Shown here in pieces: positions 57,962 through 64,000 of a stretch of 64,000 nt of DNA. Where the stretch lies: the NCBI GenBank assembly GCA_030704615.1, contig CM060731.1:81654001-81718000 (forward strand), read 5' to 3'. Source of the stretch: Takakia lepidozioides. Lineage: Eukaryota > Plantae > Bryophyta. The stretch's first letter is position 1; each line of letters starts with the position of its first letter. The notes beneath the pieces are model-generated. The model saw only the letters and a list, made by a program, of their open reading frames with translations. It ran no database searches and was not told the DNA's origin. A program made the translations under genes and the position numbers.

Positions 57962-60900
57962 TTATTCACAGGAAAAATCGTTGTGGACTTGCTTATCCTC
58001 ATGATCCTCCTCATTTCGGATTTGAATCGTTTCAGTTTGTGTGCCGATGTAAAAGCCAGACAAAAGGGGGAGGAGCACAGTCTTGATAGGTCAGGGTCAC
58101 CCTCCTGCCAAAAAAGGATCTGCCGCCTGCCTTGCACGCATGTAAGTTCCTACTGCAACAGACGGAAGACATGAACAGCTTGTAGGGGGGGGATTAACGA
58201 AGAGAAATTGGTTGGTGAATGAAGAAAACCAAATCTGAAGGGAGAAAACGAACCTGTGGATACCGAGAGGCCGACCACCCATGCCGAATGGTGGCTGCAT
58301 GACTCAGCAGTGTCGATAAACGTTGGGGTTTTCTTTGCACATCTCCAGGGAGTGTCATTGGTTTTTTTTTGAGAGTCTGAGTGGGCTGCATGAAGTTGTA
58401 CAAAATGTCATCGACATGCGGCTCATACATGGAATTGATGAAACACCCTTGGTTAGAAATCTCGAAGCCGAGGAGGAGGAAGGATGGTGTCTTGAGGTAC
58501 GAATCCTCTGTGCAGATCGCCTCGAACATCTCGTTGCGAAAGTTTAGGAGGTTAGGGTGTGAAACATAAAACACAGTGTGATGAAATTTGTAGATTGGCA
58601 TTCAAAACATAGGCATGCAACAAAACTGATCAGTCAGTCTTTTTGATGATCGGTTGCGATTCATCACAGATTATTGTAGAGTTACGCTAAGAATACTTGA
58701 ATAATAAAGCAAACAAAGCACACCTAAGAGGGGAGGCATCATCATACCAGCTGACCAGAACAACCCCCTTTCACAAGGTAGAGGATGTTCACACAATTCC
58801 AAGTGCGCAGAATTTCAAACCCGGAGGATTTTCGGTGCGATGCCAATGTCCGACGACTATCCTTGTAACATGACTGAAAAAGTAGAAATGTCCCTGCATC
58901 ATAAAGAAAAGAGTTGCAGAACCGAACACCCAACTCGAGTAGTTGTCGTCGAATTTGTTCCAGCTTGGCATCTTGCCCTTCGGAAAGAACTTCTGGCACA
59001 GCCTGGCCGTCCGGGATGTCAAGAATGACCATGTCTGCAGCAAACGTTTTCTGCACACCGCACACGAAGGAGGGACCAGTGCTCACCTGCGACAGACATG
59101 TTCAATTTGAGAACGAAGAGAAGAATGATTTCAGAAAAACAAATTTCAATACTGCCAATGTGACCTACGAATGCACAGGAAAGAAAGTTAAATTCCCACC
59201 AGATTGAGGAATGAGATCATGTTATCCCAAGTAGGCGAAGGCACCCCAATGTATCCTTTCTTCGACTCTCCATCATCACCAACCATCCTCATTGACAATC
59301 TTAATCTTCCCTGCAGAATCAACAACGGTATTAAGGGGTGTGGCCTGGCATCGAACACACACTGAATTGTGCGGGTATATTTTCCGGCGGGTGATGTCCT
59401 TCTCACTCTCCTGCTCTTTCTCCTTGTCCTTTTCTTTCTCCTTCTCCTTCTCCTTCTCCTTCGACTTGTCTTTGTTCTTTGTCTTTGCTGGTGACTTGGC
59501 TGTGCCATCTGGAGCCTTGTCTTTGGGTTTGCGACCACCCTTCTTGCCCTTCTAGGCTATTTCCTGAGAGTCAGGCTCCTTGGCAGAGCCAGTGTTGCTT
59601 GTTTATGTTTTTGGTACTCTCATCGTTCAGGGGTGCCAGCATCTCAGCAGATGTTTTTTTCATTTGCTGCCTCTGAAAAGTTGTGGTGCTCCTGGGGAAG
59701 GGCAGTCCAGGTACCAACCACAGTCCCTGAAGTGTGGCAGGACTCCAGTCCTTCAATATCCCTGCAGTATACATGGGTGGATCGTTTTCCGGATCCGACC
59801 ACATGTCAAGGTAATCTAGGACACCACTGAAGTGATTTCCATCCATCAGCACATATTTTGTGTACCTACGAACCATGAGACAAACTATTTAACCTCTCTA
59901 TGCAGAAGCTCATTATTCTCAAAGTGAATGTCGGCACCGACATTCAGAATTTTGTGACAGCAACACTACCTATAACTATTGGGCACCCTAGAAAACGTAC
60001 AAGAAATCTCTCGGTATAGAAGCTCACACTTGCTTTGGATGCGATGGTCGTCAACGAAGAACACCGCTAACACACCCTAAGTTCCCTAATCCATGTGAAT
60101 GAAATCTCTGTTCATAAGAGCTCACAGTTCAGGAAGTGAATGTCGGCACCGACATTCACTTATTTTCAGTGAAGATCCCTTCTAAACACGCCTAAGGATT
60201 ACTCACAAGATGCAACAGAGTTTCTAGTTGGAAATGCACCTGTACACAACTCGCATCATGGCCCACTCCCCCCCCAACCTGACTATCAAAGTCGTTGGAC
60301 CGCAAAATGTTACCATCCTTCGAAAAATCCCAGAAAAAACAATATCGCCAAGTGAGACCTCTCCACTTCCTGATGTATGCTTCCAATGTCAGGCGGGGAA
60401 ACAATAGAAATATTCAAGTCCTTCAAATTCTGCTTGAGGACAAGGATGGCGCGCTTCTCCAGCTGCAAAGGGTAGCAATTTGTCAGTTTTGCAAATAAGG
60501 TAGTCATTACATTCATGAAGTCAAGAAAGATGAAACTTCAATGAATACACACATGACTCCAAAATGTAGCCTTATGAAGCCAGTTGTCAAACACAATGTC
60601 ACTGATTCCCTGTACCTTTGTGCCAGGATGTATAGTGCTCTTAGGGAACTGATTCAAGTCATTCACTGTCTGATCTGAGTTCCAAATCTCCAGCCATCTA
60701 ATTTTGGTTTGAGGGTCAACCATGGAGATGGCCAGCCTGTGCAATTTCTCCTGCTGCATCTCCGGGTGCACGTGCTTGTCATAGTGAGATTTGATCTGCA
60801 AAAGGAATTCCTCTCCAAGGCCAGGATCTACTATTCTAAGCTGCTTGGAGAAGGCGGACATCAGTTTGGTTCTCCAAATTTCATACTCCTTCTTTAGTGC

Positions 60901-61682
60901 TGCCTCGACACCCTTTGATGTCCCAAGTTCCTCTGTTGTAGTGCAGTAGTATTTGGATTTCCCTTCTTAGCTGCCTCTGCTAGTTCTTGCTGCATTGATC
61001 AAAGTAGGGATGAGTAAAAACGAATTGCAAACATGTATTGAAAAAGACAAGTGAGTATAGGCTCGGCCTTACCGCATACATGTACTCCAGAAACGCCTCT
61101 CGAGTCAAAGAATACCAAGTCATTGCAGCTCTTCATGTTTCGCACTTCTTGATAATATCGGGGTGGAGTATTGTGCGAAAATTATCCAGCTTCATCAAAC
61201 CAATCCTCTGAATTCGGAACAGTGTGTGGACCAAGCTTGTTGTCACATGCGGTTTCTCTGTCGATCTGCAAAAAGAGAGGAAACAATGCATTGGTAAACA
61301 TCGTTTTTTGGTGGGATCAACAAGACATTGAAGAGGCAATGGAGTCTCTAGGATGACTTACTTGTTCACGTCGTGCATAGTTGTAAGAAGCCTAGCGATA
61401 TCGTTTCCAGGATCCAGAACCATTGCCTCTACAGCAACATGCTTGTCTTTGGCTTTTGAATGATGTTTCTGAATGTATCCCATCCATGCCAGCAATCGGT
61501 GGTTGCCGTCCCAGACGTAGAACATGTGGTTGCTGGGTGTTTCTTCCCATCATGAGGCCCAGCTCAAACTCCTCATTAACATCTTTCCAGCACTCATCTC
61601 AGGTATCTGTGATCTCAGGAGACACTAATGTGCTTTTCCCATTTGTATCCGTTAGTGACACATAAAAAACTTGTGCACCAAG
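57962..61682 (-). pseudogene. Decayed multi-exon gene: ParB/Srx-like domain fused to a beta-class N4C/N6A DNA methyltransferase-like domain; 5' part cut off by the Gypsy insertion
   Basis: Hand-spliced exons 61682-61362 (MFYVWDGNHRLLAW), 61265-61073, 60989-60553, 60462-60207, ~59885-59385 (ends in a K/E-rich linker), 59310-59200, 59086-58748 (ADMVILDIPDG; FLYDAGTFLLF), ~58600-58254 (PWRCAKK.P.F..WVVGLSVSTG), ~58149-57962 (HACKAGGRSFFG/EGDPDL). Several stops and frameshifts. Confidence 0.72.
59925..60161. repeat. Two copies of a palindrome within degenerate ~100-bp intronic units
   Basis: TGAATGTCGG-CA-CCGACATTCA at 59925-59946 and AAGTGAATGTCGG-CA-CCGACATTCACTT at 60134-60161. Confidence 0.93.
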
Positions 61683-62410
61683 TGTCACGGCCCTTTGCCT
61701 TGAGGGCAGGGGGTCGGGACACATGAGGGGCTGCCCCTGTGGTAGGGGCAGTGGCAGCGATAGGTACGGGGGGCTGAAGCACCCTTGAGTGCCCAAGGCA
61801 CTCAAGGAGGCGGAGGTGCTCACTAGGTGGAGCCCCGCACACCGGGATGCGGTGGGGGTGGCTTCACAAAGAGGTGGTGGTAGCTTAGCGGGACTTAGTG
61901 GGGGTGGCATAGGACTCACCTTGGGGCGGAGACCTCGTGGTGGGAGTCGTGGGGAGTCTTGGGACTCATCACGGTCCATAGGGGCCGTGGTGGGTGGGCC
62001 AAGACTCACCGCGACTCATCACCGGGAGTCGAGGGTTTTCGTGGTGGTTCGCCATAAAATGGCATGGTTGTTTGTGAAACCCCCGCGGACAGCTACAGAA
62101 GTATATATAGGGAGTAGTAACCCCGAGAACGGTGCAAGCCCGTTGGTGACCAAAAACTAGTGAGTAAGCGAGCGAGCCGGAAAGCGACCAAAGAGTGGGG
62201 AGCTGTTCCGGACTGCCAACTACGTAAAGGGAATTCCCGCTGGGCCCAAATCGGTGGAGGGTTCTTTGGGAGATCAAAGGGGGACCGTTATGCCCCGGTG
62301 AGCAGCCGAAGCTCCAAGTTGGCCCGGCGGCCAGGTTGGGAGTTAGGCGCGCGCATCAAAGCGAGTAACTATGACTTGAAGGGGAGCTTACCGAAGTGAG
62401 GTGCGCGACA
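61683..62410 (+). repeat. 5' LTR (728 bp)
   Basis: TG..CA ends with an imperfect terminal inverted repeat, TATATATA near 62102, PBS 2 nt downstream, second copy at 55441-56096. Confidence 0.92.
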
Positions 62411-62412
62411 TT

Positions 62413-62424
62413 TGGTATCAGAGC
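62413..62424 (+). promoter_or_regulatory. Primer binding site for initiator tRNA-Met
   Basis: TGGTATCAGAGC immediately after the LTR. Confidence 0.95.
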
Positions 62425-62465
62425 TTAGAGTTCAGTACGTGATCGTCCTTGGGATTGGCCTCATC

Positions 62466-64000
62466 ATGGGGTCGGGCAAGCCAAAGCGAAAGCGGAACAG
62501 CCCAAAAGATGATGATCTTGGTGAGCCCGATGGGGGCGACGTGTCACCGAGGCGGCCGTTTGAGGAAGCGATGCATGTTTCCGAAAACGAGGCCGCTCAA
62601 GAGCGGGAGGAATCCGAGGAGTTGGAGCTCGAGGAATCCCTGAGAGCTCCGACCGACCAACAGATGCCTCCCATGCCGGCAGCCTTTTGGGAAGGGTTGT
62701 TGGCGCAGTTTGGCGGGACGCTGAAAGACGTGTTGAAGGCGGCTAATGCCACTTCCACTAAGGCAAAGTTTAAGGTGAAGCCTAAGGAACCCGGCACCTT
62801 CGAAGGTGTCCGAAATCGGAAGGCACCACACACCTGGCTCCTGGAGCTAGAGCAATACTTCTGGGCGGCCAAGTTGAGTGACAAGGATCGGGTGGAAGTG
62901 GCTCCCACCTATTTGAGGGGCTATGCTCAACAATAGTGGCAGAAACGCCTTCACGACCGAGGTCCAAGCCCGGAAACCTTGAACTGGAGTGGGTTCAAGG
63001 ATTGATGAAGAGACAGTTTGTGCCCCTCAACGCGTCTTGGCTTGCCCGGGACAAGATGAGGAATTTGAAGCAAACAGATGACATTCGGGGATATGTCCAG
63101 GCTTTCAATGTGCTTTTGCTCGAAGTCGCGGACATGGCAGAACCAGAAATGGTTTTCAACTTTGTGGCGGGACTGGCCCCATGGGCCAGGCGGAAGTTGG
63201 AGGAGAAGCCACCTAAGACTTTGAACGAGGCAATTGAGAGGGCTGAATGTTTCTCGGATGTCCCTAGGGGTGAAAGACAAGGCCGTACGGAGCTGAACCA
63301 CAAGAGACCCCGCGCGGAAGGTGACCCCTTCCGACCGGAAAAGAAGTGGGATAGGCCACGCGGCGACAATGGCACGTGGAAATCAAAGGGAGGGCCTTCA
63401 CACGTCAAGGCGGTACCCAGTGCTTCGAAAGGAAAAGCGGGTGGAGCGGCTTATGGCGGACAGAAGACCACCTTTGATGGAGCGTGTTTCAATTGCGGGG
63501 AGCCCGGGCACATGGCCAAGAAATGCACAAACCTCGACAATTGAACATGACTCGGGCAACCACGAAGCTGCGGAAGATACCATCAGTCGCTTGGTGGAAG
63601 CGGTGGTCGCCAGGACTTGCAAGGTAGGCAACTATTCTTGTGAGTTGTATCAGGAAACTGACGCCCTACGTAAAGGGAGTCAGTTATTGTTTGTGGATGG
63701 GATAATATCCGGAACTAATGTGTCGTTGTTGGTTGACACAGGAGCGTCGCACTCCTTCATGACGCCGGCGGCGGCGCAAAAGTTGGGACTCCCGACAAGT
63801 GACGTGGGGGCCTCTATTGAGGTGCGTTCTGCCAAGGAGAACCACAACTGGCGACAAGGTTGGCATTTGATGTTCCTCTTCAACTGGGGAGTTGGGAGGG
63901 ACGTGAGAACTTCACCATCTGCGAGATCGATGGAGTGGATCTCATTTTGGGGATGACCTTTTTGAGCAAATCCGGAGCGGTCATAGATGGCCGCAAGAGA
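62466..64000 (+). pseudogene. Disrupted gag-protease of the Gypsy element
   Basis: KPKEPGTFEG..WLLELEQYF..YLRGYAQQ-TAG (62934-62936, probably a former Trp codon) plus a frameshift, LKQTDDIRGYV..FVAGL, CFNCGEPGHMAKKC, then VDTGASHSF with further frameshifts. Confidence 0.9.

Larger units (their letters stand above)
61683..64000 (+). mobile_element. Ty3/Gypsy LTR retrotransposon, 5' part (LTR, PBS, gag, protease); continues beyond the window
   Basis: LTR TGTCAC..GCGACA, PBS, retrotransposon gag with CX2CX4HX4C knuckle, and a Gypsy-type aspartic protease LLVDTGASHSFM. Confidence 0.95.

Noticed and set aside
59891-60161. Palindromic repeats with ~100-200-bp spacing considered as a CRISPR-like array
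   Set aside because: Only two copies, spacing too long, eukaryotic intron context, no cas genes.
61599-62399. ORFs inside the LTRs (also 55544-56255)
   Set aside because: GC-rich LTR sequence with frames not consistently conserved between the two copies. Only 61599-61682 belongs to the ParB exon.

Overview
Gene-dense, intron-rich nuclear DNA of a land plant. A non-seed plant (bryophyte, lycophyte or fern) is inferred from the gene content; the species is not identified. In order: a 5'-incomplete intronless PLS-E-DYW PPR RNA-editing gene; a decayed 3' half of a GH9C endoglucanase with CBM49; a ~20-kb ASHH2/SDG8-type H3K36 methyltransferase gene (long disordered N-terminus, CW, AWS, SET, post-SET, helical domain, SRI-like tail) whose introns carry several LINE relics; an intronless plastid RbgA/YlqF GTPase (-); RPS20 (-) head-to-head with a Rad30-like Y-family DNA polymerase eta (+); ClpP5; a STIG1-like secreted Cys-rich peptide; and a partial, diverged second ASHH2 copy with an in-frame TGA just after post-SET. 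The last 8.5 kb is mobile DNA: a truncated inverted LTR, then a decayed spliced minus-strand gene reconstructed by hand as a ParB/Srx-like domain (DGNHR) fused to a beta-class N4C/N6A DNA amino-methyltransferase-like domain, with a repeated palindrome in one intron, interrupted by a Ty3/Gypsy element. This ParB-MTase relic is the most unusual item. All gene models were spliced by eye. No searches or alignments were run, so family calls rest on remembered motifs.
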